The translations under genes and the position numbers were made by a program. The notes beneath the pieces are model-generated. The model ran no database searches and had not been told where the DNA came from. It saw only the letters and a list, made by a program, of their open reading frames with translations. From positions 3,625 to 67,624 of the forward strand of contig JBEKUF010000001.1 of assembly GCA_049515295.1 (NCBI GenBank): a stretch of 64,000 bases of DNA. The letters run 5' to 3'. Source of the DNA: Verrucomicrobiia bacterium (GTDB lineage Bacteria > Verrucomicrobiota > Verrucomicrobiia > Palsa-1439). This document shows, piece after piece, positions 51,401 through 60,647 of this stretch (position 1 is its first letter; the number at the start of each line of letters is the position of its first letter).

Positions 51401-53533
51401 GGGATCGATTGCCACCGCCAGCAATGACTTTGCCGCCCAAACCGAGGTGGCCGGCGCCACTATCTCGGGCTTGATCCGCCCCTCCAACGTTGGCCCGAAC
51501 TCTGAAAGGTCATACATCTCCAGCGAGTCAGTCGCTTGATCGTCACAGGCGCTGCCATCCAGGCGCACGCTCTGGGAAGAACAAACAGTGATGACGTTCT
51601 TCGCGGTGCCCGGAGAGGTAATTCGGATGTCTCCGATCCCGCCGGTGCCCGGTATCACGCCGACATCGCTGCGAATCGAGAGGCCCGCAAACACGATGAT
51701 AAACTCCTGATTCAAGGGGAATGGAGTGGGAACATTGTTCGAATCTCCCACCAGCAATGCATCGCGAACGCCCGTGTCATAGATTTGAGCGTCAAGATCA
51801 TACCTGCCGCCGTTGTCGCCGGTGGAACTCATTTCTTCGCCCCAGCTATCGTTCTGAATACGCGCCCCGAACGTATACGCATGGAAGAAGAGCGTCGGAT
51901 AGAAACCCTCCATGCACGGCAGAGTGGGTTGAGGATTGGGCAGCAGACGCGCATGGGGCGGCGTGCCAGTGGTGTCCGCCGCCTGGTGCCAGATGCGCGA
52001 GCTGCCGATCAAGCCGAACGGGGAAACGCCAAGCCCCAGTTGGAACCCGCTCGGATCCTGGTAGACGAAGCTAACCACCTGCGTGACAATCACCTCTGTC
52101 AGGAGATCCACTGTGAAAAACGGGATTCCAGGACCTGAGCAGTTATAAGTCTCATTTGTGGTGAGCTCACACGGACTCGTTGGGAAAGTAATGGTGATGG
52201 ATCCGCCGCCGGCACTCAGACACAGCCCGTTGTAACCGAACGTCTGCGTTACGATCGTCGAATAAATGGACAACTGATCAAGAACGTTCGTCCGTTGGTC
52301 GAATCCGACAATTACGGAAGCCACCCGTGTGCCGTGGTCGTAAAAATCTTCCGTCCCGATGAAATTGAGGCTGAGTGGCGAGCATCCCGAATCTACCGTG
52401 GAACCGTCGAAGTAACCATTCTGGCCGGGCTCCATATAGGCCACGCGACCGCGCAACGAGGGCTGCACCACGGGGTCGCCTACGTCAAGACCGGTGTCCG
52501 CGACGTCGACAATCGGGTAGTTGGTTGGTTCCAGAAAAGATGGCAATCCACCACCGACCGTGTTGGTCAGGAAATCGATGTAGTTGGTGAACAGGGCCGT
52601 TACGCCGCCCAGGTAATTCGTGAAGAACCTGGCGCCCCCGGTCGAATTGGTCGGCCCGAAGCCGGGTTGGCTGGAGGTCTGCTCGGCGAGAAGGAGGTCC
52701 TGGACTTCATCCAGCAAAATCTTTCGCTCCACGCTCTCAATCCACAGTACGCCTTCCAGCCGGGCAATGCGGGGAATGTCCGAAAACGGCACGGTCATTC
52801 GCGCGACCTTTCTGTCGGCGGCATGGTAGCCGGATTGTATCAGCCCAAACTTCTTGAGCGCAGCCATGGTTTGCTCCGCCGCCGATCCTCCCGCCATCGC
52901 GATCTGTACGTCGACCAACGACTGGCCATTCTCCTTGATGGCATTCAACAGTCCCCGCCCGATCTTGTAGTACGGGTGGTAGGAACCGATCCACTGAATT
53001 GGGCTGTCGGCGCCCTGCCCGCTGCGCAGTTCGCTCTCCGCCACCTCGTCGACCAGAACCAGATAAGCGTTATTCGGTACATACGACACGACTTGCGCCC
53101 CCTTGGACGTGATCAACCGCAGCCATTCCGGGGTGATGGGGCCACGAAATTGCACCAGCCGTAAGCGCTCGCCCTTGCCCTCCGCTTGCCGATACTGCGG
53201 CGGAACCGGGGGCTCACCAACGCTGGTGTCAAAGGATGCAGAGCCCAGCTCGATGCGATTGAACCGGTTATTCACTGCGGCCCGCGCGCCGTACAGGTGC
53301 GTCAACTCGTCTACTTGCGCATCCGTCGCTTCCACCAACCAGTAGGAACCGTAATTACGAACCCGGGTGAATCCCCGCTGTCGCAACTGGTCAAAGGTCT
53401 CGTCGCCAGTGGGGTAAATGATCACCTTGTTGTTGCTGGGCGGTAACGTGGGCGTAGCGTGGCTGTGCACCCCCATGAAAATAAGGCCCGCCAAAACAAC
53501 CAGTACGCACCACCTGCTTACGGAGAATTTCAT
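48485..53533 (-). CDS. giant secreted subtilase (S8 peptidase) with more than 10 C-terminal Ig-like/choice-of-anchor-type repeats (1682 aa)
   Basis: Signal peptide. D (…VADTGLDVGD…), H (…DHGTRVASV…) and S (…GSSYAAPEVSGA…) triad of the S8 family. The C-terminal half is about 100-aa repeats of …(T)NCG…PL.VS…FS…C…I..G.C.(V)..F.PT..G…A.L.I. Confidence 0.8.
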   Translation of the reverse strand: MKFSVSRWCVLVVLAGLIFMGVHSHATPTLPPSNNKVIIYPTGDETFDQLRQRGFTRVRNYGSYWLVEATDAQVDELTHLYGARAAVNNRFNRIELGSASFDTSVGEPPVPPQYRQAEGKGERLRLVQFRGPITPEWLRLITSKGAQVVSYVPNNAYLVLVDEVAESELRSGQGADSPIQWIGSYHPYYKIGRGLLNAIKENGQSLVDVQIAMAGGSAAEQTMAALKKFGLIQSGYHAADRKVARMTVPFSDIPRIARLEGVLWIESVERKILLDEVQDLLLAEQTSSQPGFGPTNSTGGARFFTNYLGGVTALFTNYIDFLTNTVGGGLPSFLEPTNYPIVDVADTGLDVGDPVVQPSLRGRVAYMEPGQNGYFDGSTVDSGCSPLSLNFIGTEDFYDHGTRVASVIVGFDQRTNVLDQLSIYSTIVTQTFGYNGLCLSAGGGSITITFPTSPCELTTNETYNCSGPGIPFFTVDLLTEVIVTQVVSFVYQDPSGFQLGLGVSPFGLIGSSRIWHQAADTTGTPPHARLLPNPQPTLPCMEGFYPTLFFHAYTFGARIQNDSWGEEMSSTGDNGGRYDLDAQIYDTGVRDALLVGDSNNVPTPFPLNQEFIIVFAGLSIRSDVGVIPGTGGIGDIRITSPGTAKNVITVCSSQSVRLDGSACDDQATDSLEMYDLSEFGPTLEGRIKPEIVAPATSVWAAKSLLAVAIDPVLGIIPVINEDPNGVLGGGAVFSCSETNLYCSPPKLFDACFTNTSASFPDSFPSPIGGEYDCDSGSSYAAPEVSGAIQLLWWYFQHRLTNELGSALLQPSPAMAKAYLCNAARYMPIQSPQYPGTLDTLPSIAQGMGELDLATMFDGVPRAIRDESSPRAIDTPLIATNPAPQQTYFSQSGQSYEVTGRIASNGLPFRVTLVWLDPPGNPAASASNQLVNDLNLQVTLGAGSNAAIYNGNQFFENVSTANSRIDTINNLQSVFLNPSTLLNGIPGVTSGAPFQVIVRAANIAGQGVPNVGEPTPGGSNTLNQDFALVIYNAATNTLSDVPNLATNNACQTAMPVTQFPFAFTNNLTKAVYRNVQPSPTAGRGGADEFFKIALPTPGAVFTISTLGSSFSGGPPLLSVWEVKVLPEALNVRGDCGALTEVVSTNSVPAQVNFTADGSNDYYIVVEPQNDGDGGTMVLNVNVPPGTVPITISPTSLTFGSQVAGTVSTQQVVTYMNGTTVGASIQSVSITGSNAADFTVVNDGCTGGRVGPGADCFVTVAFSPVTNDVGTLVANLVFTDNQTGSPRSIPLTGYATAPAPLVCLSTGTSITFSNQVIGTTGSVQSVTLTNCGSIPLTVSGVTISGAGSANFSVATLCTNSPISVEGTCTMNVAFAPTVAGAFHANLVIADDAAGSPTTVTLQGVGVAPAPAICLSSSSIDFGSVAVNVTGSVQSVTITNCGTAPLVISNIATTAGNTGDFLVVSTPCTTISSGATCVVSLKFAPTAGGLRSATLSIISSNNILPPQLVSLSGMGALSQPDAAISKSFSNLKKFVGFGVINTTGVGQEIVQNINLQTPTAIQKAIEKGRHGVRYYVAVENDGSGPDQFTVQSTQVSGGSGWTVNYYIGANPSESMDITTAVQAGTYETAAMETGAVTGDSTMIRAEVFADKTLVKKGTQATFTLTFTSVSDTAQQDTVRITALAK

Positions 53534-54083
53534 TCCTCGCTGTCCTCCAACCGAGCTGTCATTCGGAAAGATTTGTTGGTACCGTTAAAACTATCAAAAG
53601 GAGTTTTCTGATTGCAACCAGAATGTTCATCAAATTTCTCGGCCATAGGAGTCACCCACGCGGCATCCAGCCGCAATGCGTGAATCTCTCGCCCCTGTTT
53701 CGTAACACCAGAACCCTGGCGGCGTCTCGTGGAAAAATGGAATTACTACATTCCCTATTTCCGACCGGGAATTCACCCTAGAAAATTCACCCTGAAAAAG
53801 CTGTGACCGCTGCCGGCGGCAACGGGCAAGAGCACGACAACCAAAACGATGGTCAAGGCACCCTGTTCGTTTTCTTGTTTGCTTACGTCTGTTCCCTTGT
53901 AGTGCCGCCCGTCCTTCGCCCCGTGTCGTGAAGCTGACATTGGAGGGTTTTTACGGAGCCGCTCCAATGCGCGTGTAAAGGCCGATTGCGAGACCGACAG
54001 GTCTTTTTACACCACTGCCGCACCGCTCACCCGTGAGTAGCTGTTACGTCAGGCAGTTTTTGCAATGGCTCGCTGCAAGGTGC

Positions 54084-55235
54084 TTACCGCGCGCCTTCCA
54101 ACACCGATGTGATGACGCGCGCCGTGGCGTCCCAACTGAACTTCGCGGCGTGCCTGCGCCCGCCCTCACCCAATTGCTGTCGCAACACGGAATCAGCCAG
54201 CAGTCGCCGAAACGCCTCCGCCAGCGCCTCGATGTCACCCTCGGCCACCAGCAATCCCGTCTCCCCGTCCACCACCGCCTCCCCCACGCCGCCGCTGCGA
54301 TAACCGACAACCGGTTTCCCATGAAAGCCGGCCTCAAGGTAGCTGATCCCAAAGCCCTCCACGCTCCTCTTCAACGAGCGGCTTGTCATGGCGCAGATGT
54401 CACACTGGTGATACGTCATGGCGACCGTGTCCGGATTGATCTGCCCCAGATGCTCGAAACCAATCCCCGCCTCCCGACACACCGCCTCGACCTTGCGCAA
54501 GTACAACGCGTCGCCAACGCCCCCGATTTGGTAAATGATTCGCGACCGGAGCTCGTTCGGCAACCGCGCCAGCGCCTGCGCGGTGTCGAGCTGTCCCTTG
54601 CGTGGATGCACCCGGGCCAGGGTCAGGACGCGGACCCGTCCATCCGCGGCCACTTTCCCCGGGCACGGCCGCATCGCCGCCGTACTGCACGCGCAGGGAG
54701 CGATCACAATCCGCCGCGCCAACAACGAAAGGAAACTGTGTTGAATCAGCGATTGCGAGTACCTCGACACGGTGAATACGCATTCGACCCGCGGGAAAAA
54801 GCGCCGCGCCCAAAACCTCCACAACCCGCTGTTTTGGAATCGCAGCACCTCCGAGCCATGAAGCACCGAAAGGATGCGCCGGCATTTCACCCGACCCAAC
54901 GGCACAAGAACCATGAACGCCAGATGCGCCCCGACGCTCGTCAGCACCACCGTCGCCTCCTCCAATTGCTTCCGCCGGGACGACAGTTCAATGGCGAACC
55001 GGACCATGTCCCCGAACCGCAAACTCCCGCCTCCGCGCAGCCGCACCACCGGGAATCGGTCCCCATCGACCGCTCCCAACCCTCCATAATCCGGCGCCCA
55101 GACCTCGACCCCCTGCCCCGCCCGGTGCAGGGCCGCCGCCAGTTCCTCGCTATACGTGGCCACACCGCCACGAAACGGGGTGAATTCGTGCGTGCAGATC
55201 ACGATCTTCGGTTTGGGCTGTGGTGTGTGTGTCAT
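54084..55235 (-). CDS. GT4-family glycosyltransferase
   Basis: GT-B fold with the C-terminal E-x7-E-type region (…ISYLEAGFHGKPVVGYRSGGVGEAVVDGETGLLV…). Confidence 0.75.
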   Translation of the reverse strand: MTHTPQPKPKIVICTHEFTPFRGGVATYSEELAAALHRAGQGVEVWAPDYGGLGAVDGDRFPVVRLRGGGSLRFGDMVRFAIELSSRRKQLEEATVVLTSVGAHLAFMVLVPLGRVKCRRILSVLHGSEVLRFQNSGLWRFWARRFFPRVECVFTVSRYSQSLIQHSFLSLLARRIVIAPCACSTAAMRPCPGKVAADGRVRVLTLARVHPRKGQLDTAQALARLPNELRSRIIYQIGGVGDALYLRKVEAVCREAGIGFEHLGQINPDTVAMTYHQCDICAMTSRSLKRSVEGFGISYLEAGFHGKPVVGYRSGGVGEAVVDGETGLLVAEGDIEALAEAFRRLLADSVLRQQLGEGGRRHAAKFSWDATARVITSVLEGAR

Positions 55236-55370
55236 AGATCGACAACGATCATCTCACCAGACCCGTGCCGCCCTGCCAACCGAAAAATCTGGGCCGGCTT
55301 CCAGACCAACATCATCAGCGGCTTGACCAGCAATTGGCCAAGCCACTATTACGTCGGCTCCGGCAAGTGT
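55022..55370. repeat. segmental duplication, copy A (GT4 5' end, spacer, PEP-CTERM-gene 5' fragment)
   Basis: 55022-55085 is about 88% identical to 57586-57648. 55296-55335 matches 57841-57880 (38/40, encoding FQTNIISG(L/V)TSNW). Spacing is similar in both copies (about 200 nt). Confidence 0.6.
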
Positions 55371-55947
55371 TTTTGTGAAGGAAGCCCCGGCAAGCGGTAA
55401 CGGCGTCGCGGCAACGCAACCGTAGGTCGATTGGCGGACGCGCCGATCACAGCGGTTGCAACTTGCCCGCCGCAGACCCAGCGGATGTTCCGACCAGTAG
55501 GAAGAGCCGACAGCGGCGAACGCATTTGGGTCCGCCCGAGTCAGAAGAATCTCCCGCAACAAAAATGGACCCGGCAAAACCGTTGCAGACTGAACGCCAT
55601 CCCGCGGCGCAATCCTCCGACTTTGGTCATGGGGTCTGGCCGCGGTAGCTCGGGAAAACCAGCAATGCGTATAATCAACCAGTTCTTTGACGACTTGCCG
55701 GTTCCGGGTAAAAGTTGCCATTGAAAAAGTAATCGAATAAGCCGAACTTCGGTTGCACACGATGGTTTCGACCACAGTCTTATTAGGCCTATGAGCAGGG
55801 AACCTGAGATCATTGCGAAATCCAGTTTGGCTCCGAAACGGAATAACACCACTGGCAATTCGACAATCTCTGCTGATCTGCGAAGTCGGGAACTGGAAAG
55901 TGGTAAGACCAGCATTGGGTACTTGTTGGGCATGGAGGCAACACAAA

Positions 55948-57465
55948 ATGAGCGCTACGAAAACAAACGCTGACTGGGGCCGGAACGGCCCACAACTATC
56001 CCAAGCACGGCCGGCTGATGGACCGGGTCTACCGAAACGTTCTGCCGCCGCTCAAGGGCGATCATCGCTTCGACGCCAGTCGCTCGGTCAAGGAGACCGC
56101 TCGCGAAGTGCGGGACGCGGTCATGCACTTCCATTGCTTTTGCTCCTTCTGTGTGGCTGTGCCGCAACTCCGCCGACGCCCGCACCGACCGGTTCCGGCG
56201 TTTCGTGGCTGATGTGTTCCGGCGCCGGTGGCTTCTACAGCAACGGCGTGTGCTCGGCGGTGCCAACGACCCAAATCATCAACCGTGTCTCCCTGTGGCA
56301 ACCCGTATGGATGCACTTCGGTATTCCTATCCGTATCTGCTGCCCTAGTCCGGGAACTTGCGACTGGTCCTACGTGGACGCCGTCATCGCCAGCAACCGG
56401 ATCTGGCAGGCCCCGTACGAGACGAAGGTCAAGGCCTACATGGACTGGGGGTCCTACGTGACGCTGAACTACCGCAACGGCATCGCTATCTACAGCACCA
56501 ACACGACCTACGACATCATGCCACTGTGGTTCTACAATCTTGCCCGGAGACCCCAAGATCTGTCCGGCGGCGCCATGGCCGGCGCTGAACTCTTCGACGC
56601 GCAGGTGCCGGCTGCTTCCCGGATCGTCAGCAACCTGCTCGTCCACGAAGCCGGGAGGATTTCCGTTCTGGGACTCACGTGGGAACCAGATTGGGGAACC
56701 AACTACGCCATTCCTCTTGCGATGGTTGCCAGTTCCGTAGTGAACGTGGCGAGGTCCACCGGAGTTTCCCTGGCCATGGGTGAATTTGGCCAACCAGTCT
56801 ATGGAGTGTTCACTAGTTACTGCGGCTACTACAACGGCTCAAACTGGTATGACGCCATCGTCTGGCACGACGATCATTGGATTTCGTGGCCTCCGGATCG
56901 CCGGGCGGGCCCCAACAGTCCCCCCAACCTGCGGTATGACCAACTGTTCGACCGACTGGCATCGCTGGGCAAAATGATGATGCAGGACTACATGGAGTTT
57001 TTCTACTGCTGTGACCCAACGGAGGACGCCCTCTACGCCGACCGCATCGTCAAGGGCATCTTGATGATGCGAAAATCCGGTGTGGCAGTTATTGCGCCCA
57101 ACGCCTATCCCTACGCCTCGACTTGCGCCCCCGACAATGTACTCAGCAACAACTTCGGCGGGGCCTACACGGGATACGTGAACAACGCCATGACGGCGTC
57201 CGGCGTGGCCATTTCCAATCTGCTTTCGCTAATCGGCAACAGCGCCTGCTCGACCTCGTCAGTGCACTACCCATACTACTGCTATCAATTTGGGTCGAAT
57301 ACCTTTGCCTGGATCGCGGAGGGGTATCCATCGGAAGCCATGACGCTTTCGGGCTGGGCGTCCGGACCGACCTACGTCCGAGATGCCACTGCGGCCCCAA
57401 CCAATGCGCTGGGCAACAGCCCGATTGTGCTTTCCGGTACAGGCGAAATAAATACAGGACGGTGA
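55948..57465 (+). CDS. hypothetical secreted lipoprotein (Cys/Tyr/Trp-rich, about 505 aa)
   Basis: Lipobox LLLLLLCGCAATP after an unusually long basic N-region. No recognisable catalytic motif. Upstream 550 nt is low GC. Confidence 0.5.
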   Translation: MSATKTNADWGRNGPQLSQARPADGPGLPKRSAAAQGRSSLRRQSLGQGDRSRSAGRGHALPLLLLLLCGCAATPPTPAPTGSGVSWLMCSGAGGFYSNGVCSAVPTTQIINRVSLWQPVWMHFGIPIRICCPSPGTCDWSYVDAVIASNRIWQAPYETKVKAYMDWGSYVTLNYRNGIAIYSTNTTYDIMPLWFYNLARRPQDLSGGAMAGAELFDAQVPAASRIVSNLLVHEAGRISVLGLTWEPDWGTNYAIPLAMVASSVVNVARSTGVSLAMGEFGQPVYGVFTSYCGYYNGSNWYDAIVWHDDHWISWPPDRRAGPNSPPNLRYDQLFDRLASLGKMMMQDYMEFFYCCDPTEDALYADRIVKGILMMRKSGVAVIAPNAYPYASTCAPDNVLSNNFGGAYTGYVNNAMTASGVAISNLLSLIGNSACSTSSVHYPYYCYQFGSNTFAWIAEGYPSEAMTLSGWASGPTYVRDATAAPTNALGNSPIVLSGTGEINTGR

Positions 57466-57585
57466 TGGACAGCGGAAGCCCCAGCCAACCAGCGCTCAAA
57501 AATAATTACCGACGAGCGAGCCAGGGAAGACGGTCACATCTGGGCGGAGTGATTGTTCAACCGCCCAATCCACTGGACAGACACA

Positions 57586-57920
57586 ACTCCCGCCCCGCGC
57601 AGCCGCACCACCGGGAATCCGAACCCATCCGCCGCTCCCAAATTGTGAATGTTTTCACTTGGAATCCTGTCGGGACGGGAGCATACTCTTTTCCTGCCGG
57701 CTAGGGTAACTGTCACCACGCAGGTCTGGACACCACCAGACAAGAGGAACGCATGAAGGGATTGCGACGCCGCTATCTGATCGTGGGAATTCTCATTGGG
57801 GCCGTAGTCGGCCCCTGCCCCTCCAAGGCCCAGTACACCGCCGACTTCCAAACCAACATCATCAGCGGCGTGACCAGCAATTGGGACGACTTTTACGCCC
57901 TCGGAGCCACTAATTCTGGC
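57586..57920. repeat. segmental duplication, copy B (GT4 fragment remnant plus intact PEP-CTERM gene start)
   Basis: See copy A. Here the GT4 part is a non-coding remnant (minus-strand frame reads …FPVVRLRG… as in the real GT4), while the PEP-CTERM gene is intact. Confidence 0.6.
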
Positions 57921-59573
57921 GATGTGTTGCTCGTAGAGAACGGCGGCGTGCTCGTCGACGGCTTCGCCTCTATTGGGTCTCAAGCCGGAGCAAATAACAA
58001 TGTCGCAATTATCTCCGATCCAGGATCCATCTGGTCGAACGGCAGCTTTCTGAATATCGGAGAGTCGGGTTCGGGCAACGAGTTGTTCATCACTGACGGA
58101 GCTGCCGTTAATGACCAGTATGGGTACGTGGGCTCCAATGCTAGCAGCAGCAACAACACAGCGGTGGTCGACGGTAGTCGCTCAGTCTGGAATAACACGC
58201 AGGAATTCACTTTCGGCTGGTTCGGGTCGGGAAACAGATTGATTGTCACCAACGGCGGCGCGATCTATGGCTGGGATTGCTACTTGGGCGGGGGAAACAC
58301 GAGCGTCGGCAACACCGTTTCAGTAAGCGGGAGCGGGTCGACCGTGGGTGCAAGCAGTAACCTTTATATTGGCTATGTAAGCGCTGGTAATCGAGTCACC
58401 ATCAGTGACGGCGGCTTGGTCTTCGACGCAAACGGTTACGTAGGCACTTCCAGCAACAACTTCGTCGTGGTCACGGGCAGCGGCTCGGTGTGGAGCAACC
58501 GCGCCGATCTTACTATCGGGACATCTGAGTATATGCCCGGCAATCAACTAACCATCACCAACGGCGGAGCCGTCTATGACAACAACGGGTCTGTAGACGG
58601 GAGCCCGTACCCGACCAGCACCGTGGTGTCGGTCAGCGGCAATGGCGCCCGTTGGTGCAATTCCGGCAATCTCTCCGTCGGCGGCGGCGAGGGGCTGGGG
58701 AATTGTGTTACGATTGGCGAAGGCGGTTCCGTAGTGGCCAGCAACTCGTATGTCTCCCCTGTAACGGGATCGACTTCATACAATGGGATCACCGTCTGCG
58801 GCGGTGCCTTGTTTGTGACCAACGCTCTTCATACTGGCACGTATCAGAACACAGGCCTGCTCACTCTCAACAGCGGAACCCTCACCGTCGATAGCCTGAT
58901 CTCCACTCAATCATCACACATCGTCTTCAGTGGCGGTGTATTAAACGCTAAGAGTTCGGCCATCAGCACGCTTGCCGTCGGCAACGGCACGAATGTGGCA
59001 ATCTTCAATCTTGCCCCCGGTGGGTCAGGGATCCACTGGTTTACCTACCAGGGTTTGAGTATCTCCAGCAACGCCATGCTGACGGGCGGCGGCACGATCA
59101 TTGGCCGAACCACCGTCCAAGCGGGCGGCACGCTCGTCCCCGGTGGTGGTGCAGGCAGCATCGCCTTCAGCAGCAATCTGACGCTTGCGGCCGGATCAAC
59201 TCTCGCCATCACCATCGACGGTCCCGGAGCAGGTCAATACAGCCAGATCACCGGCTTGGGTACGATCAGCGTCAGCAACTGTGTCCTGAGCGTATCGCTC
59301 GGCTATACGCCATCACCGGGCGACTCGTTCACGATCATCAGCAATCTCACTTCGATGGCGGTGCTCGGGACCTTCGTGGATACAGCGGGCGCCGCGCTGC
59401 CCAACGGCGCCGACTTCGTCGTGGACAACACAACATTCCAGATTGATTACAGCGCTAACTGCGATGGCATGGATGTAGCCCTAACCGCGCTGATTCCCGA
59501 GCCGTCCTCGCTTTTGCTGACCGCCCTCGGCGCGGTCGCCCTGTGCGCGCTTCTGAGGCGTCGACGGCATTGA
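57753..59573 (+). CDS. PEP-CTERM protein with autotransporter-associated beta-strand repeats
   Basis: Signal peptide. Conserved N-terminus QYTADFQTNIISGVTSNWDD. Repeated (V/I)TNGG(A/G)(I/V)Y… units. C-terminus IPEPSSLLLTALGAVALCALLRRRRH is a PEP-CTERM signal. Confidence 0.75.
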   Translation: MKGLRRRYLIVGILIGAVVGPCPSKAQYTADFQTNIISGVTSNWDDFYALGATNSGDVLLVENGGVLVDGFASIGSQAGANNNVAIISDPGSIWSNGSFLNIGESGSGNELFITDGAAVNDQYGYVGSNASSSNNTAVVDGSRSVWNNTQEFTFGWFGSGNRLIVTNGGAIYGWDCYLGGGNTSVGNTVSVSGSGSTVGASSNLYIGYVSAGNRVTISDGGLVFDANGYVGTSSNNFVVVTGSGSVWSNRADLTIGTSEYMPGNQLTITNGGAVYDNNGSVDGSPYPTSTVVSVSGNGARWCNSGNLSVGGGEGLGNCVTIGEGGSVVASNSYVSPVTGSTSYNGITVCGGALFVTNALHTGTYQNTGLLTLNSGTLTVDSLISTQSSHIVFSGGVLNAKSSAISTLAVGNGTNVAIFNLAPGGSGIHWFTYQGLSISSNAMLTGGGTIIGRTTVQAGGTLVPGGGAGSIAFSSNLTLAAGSTLAITIDGPGAGQYSQITGLGTISVSNCVLSVSLGYTPSPGDSFTIISNLTSMAVLGTFVDTAGAALPNGADFVVDNTTFQIDYSANCDGMDVALTALIPEPSSLLLTALGAVALCALLRRRRH

Positions 59574-59703
59574 CGACGGCTGCTCCCCGCAGCGTTTCGC
59601 GCCGCCTGATTCTCCGCCGACCGAAAAAATCGCTTTCTCTTTGGCCCCGGGTTTGGTATCAGTCCCCTCGCCAGGAAGGACCAGCACACGCGCGTCGCTT
59701 CAC

Positions 59704-60630
59704 ATGAATATAACGTTGACTGATACCGAAGTGGCCGACCTCAAAGACGGATTGCGCCGATGCAGTCCCAAAACCATCGAAGCCGCCGTTCGCTACCGCG
59801 AAACGGGCGACCCCAACACCATCCCAACCATCGTGTACGGGATTCTGGAGCGCTATCAGCCCTCCACCGCGCCCGTGAAACTCTCCGCGGCCGATGAAAA
59901 CGCCCGGCTCATCGAAGACCTCGGCCTCGATTCGCTGACCTTGCTCGAAATCGTGCTGTCGATTGAGGAGGTCCTCAAGTTGCACATTGAAAATGAGGAG
60001 CTTCGCGAAATCCGTACGATGGGGAACCTGAACAGGTTTCTCCACGCCAAGATTACCGGCGCCGCCACCGGGGCGCCGTCGAAGGTTTATTCGCGCGAAC
60101 AGATTGCGCTCGTGCTCCCGCAACAGCCGCCGTTCATGTTCCTTGACGAAGCGTCGCTGAACGCCGAGACACTCAAGGCCAGCTATACCGTCAAAGGCAA
60201 CGAGTTCTTCCTCGAAGGCCATTTCAAGGACGACCCCGTTTTCCCCGCCTCGATCGTCTTCGAAGCCCTGGGCCAGGCCGCGTGCCTGTGGGTGCTGGAG
60301 AAAGCACCGGCGCAGATCGGCAAGGAGATCAAGTCCAACCACGTCTATTTTGCGTCGATGGACGGCGCGCACTTTTACCAAAAGACCAGGCCGGGGGATA
60401 AACTCGAGTTCGAGTTGAAGCTGGCGCGGCTTCGCGAGCCGCTGGCCGTTTTCGAGGGAACAGTGACCTCGCAGGGGCGGCGTGTGGCCAAGATCGAACG
60501 TCTCGTGCTCGCGTTTGGCGAACAACTTCTTCCCGAAAACCTGTCGTCATCCGAATCGTCCGCGTCCGACGCCCCCGCGCCGACCCCCGTTCCGGTCACG
60601 CCCAACGGCCCGGACGGTGGCCGGTCCTGA
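59704..60630 (+). CDS. fusion of acyl carrier protein and FabZ-type 3-hydroxyacyl-ACP dehydratase (hot-dog)
   Basis: N-terminal 90 aa carry the ACP helix-II motif LIEDLGLDSLTLLEIVLSIEE (pantetheine Ser in DSL). C-terminal part carries …FLEGHFKDDPVFPASIVFEALGQAAC… (His/Glu FabZ signature) and ends in a Ser/Pro-rich tail. Confidence 0.7.
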   Translation: MNITLTDTEVADLKDGLRRCSPKTIEAAVRYRETGDPNTIPTIVYGILERYQPSTAPVKLSAADENARLIEDLGLDSLTLLEIVLSIEEVLKLHIENEELREIRTMGNLNRFLHAKITGAATGAPSKVYSREQIALVLPQQPPFMFLDEASLNAETLKASYTVKGNEFFLEGHFKDDPVFPASIVFEALGQAACLWVLEKAPAQIGKEIKSNHVYFASMDGAHFYQKTRPGDKLEFELKLARLREPLAVFEGTVTSQGRRVAKIERLVLAFGEQLLPENLSSSESSASDAPAPTPVPVTPNGPDGGRS

Positions 60631-60647
60631 ATTCGCATCGACCCAAC

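Noticed and set aside
55254-55946. 230-aa minus-strand ORF between GT4 and the lipoprotein gene, and the 54033-55400 plus-strand ORF.
   Set aside because: Both are read-through frames. One is antisense to GT4. The other's only meaningful part is the duplicated PEP-CTERM N-terminal fragment, with no start or signal peptide in frame.
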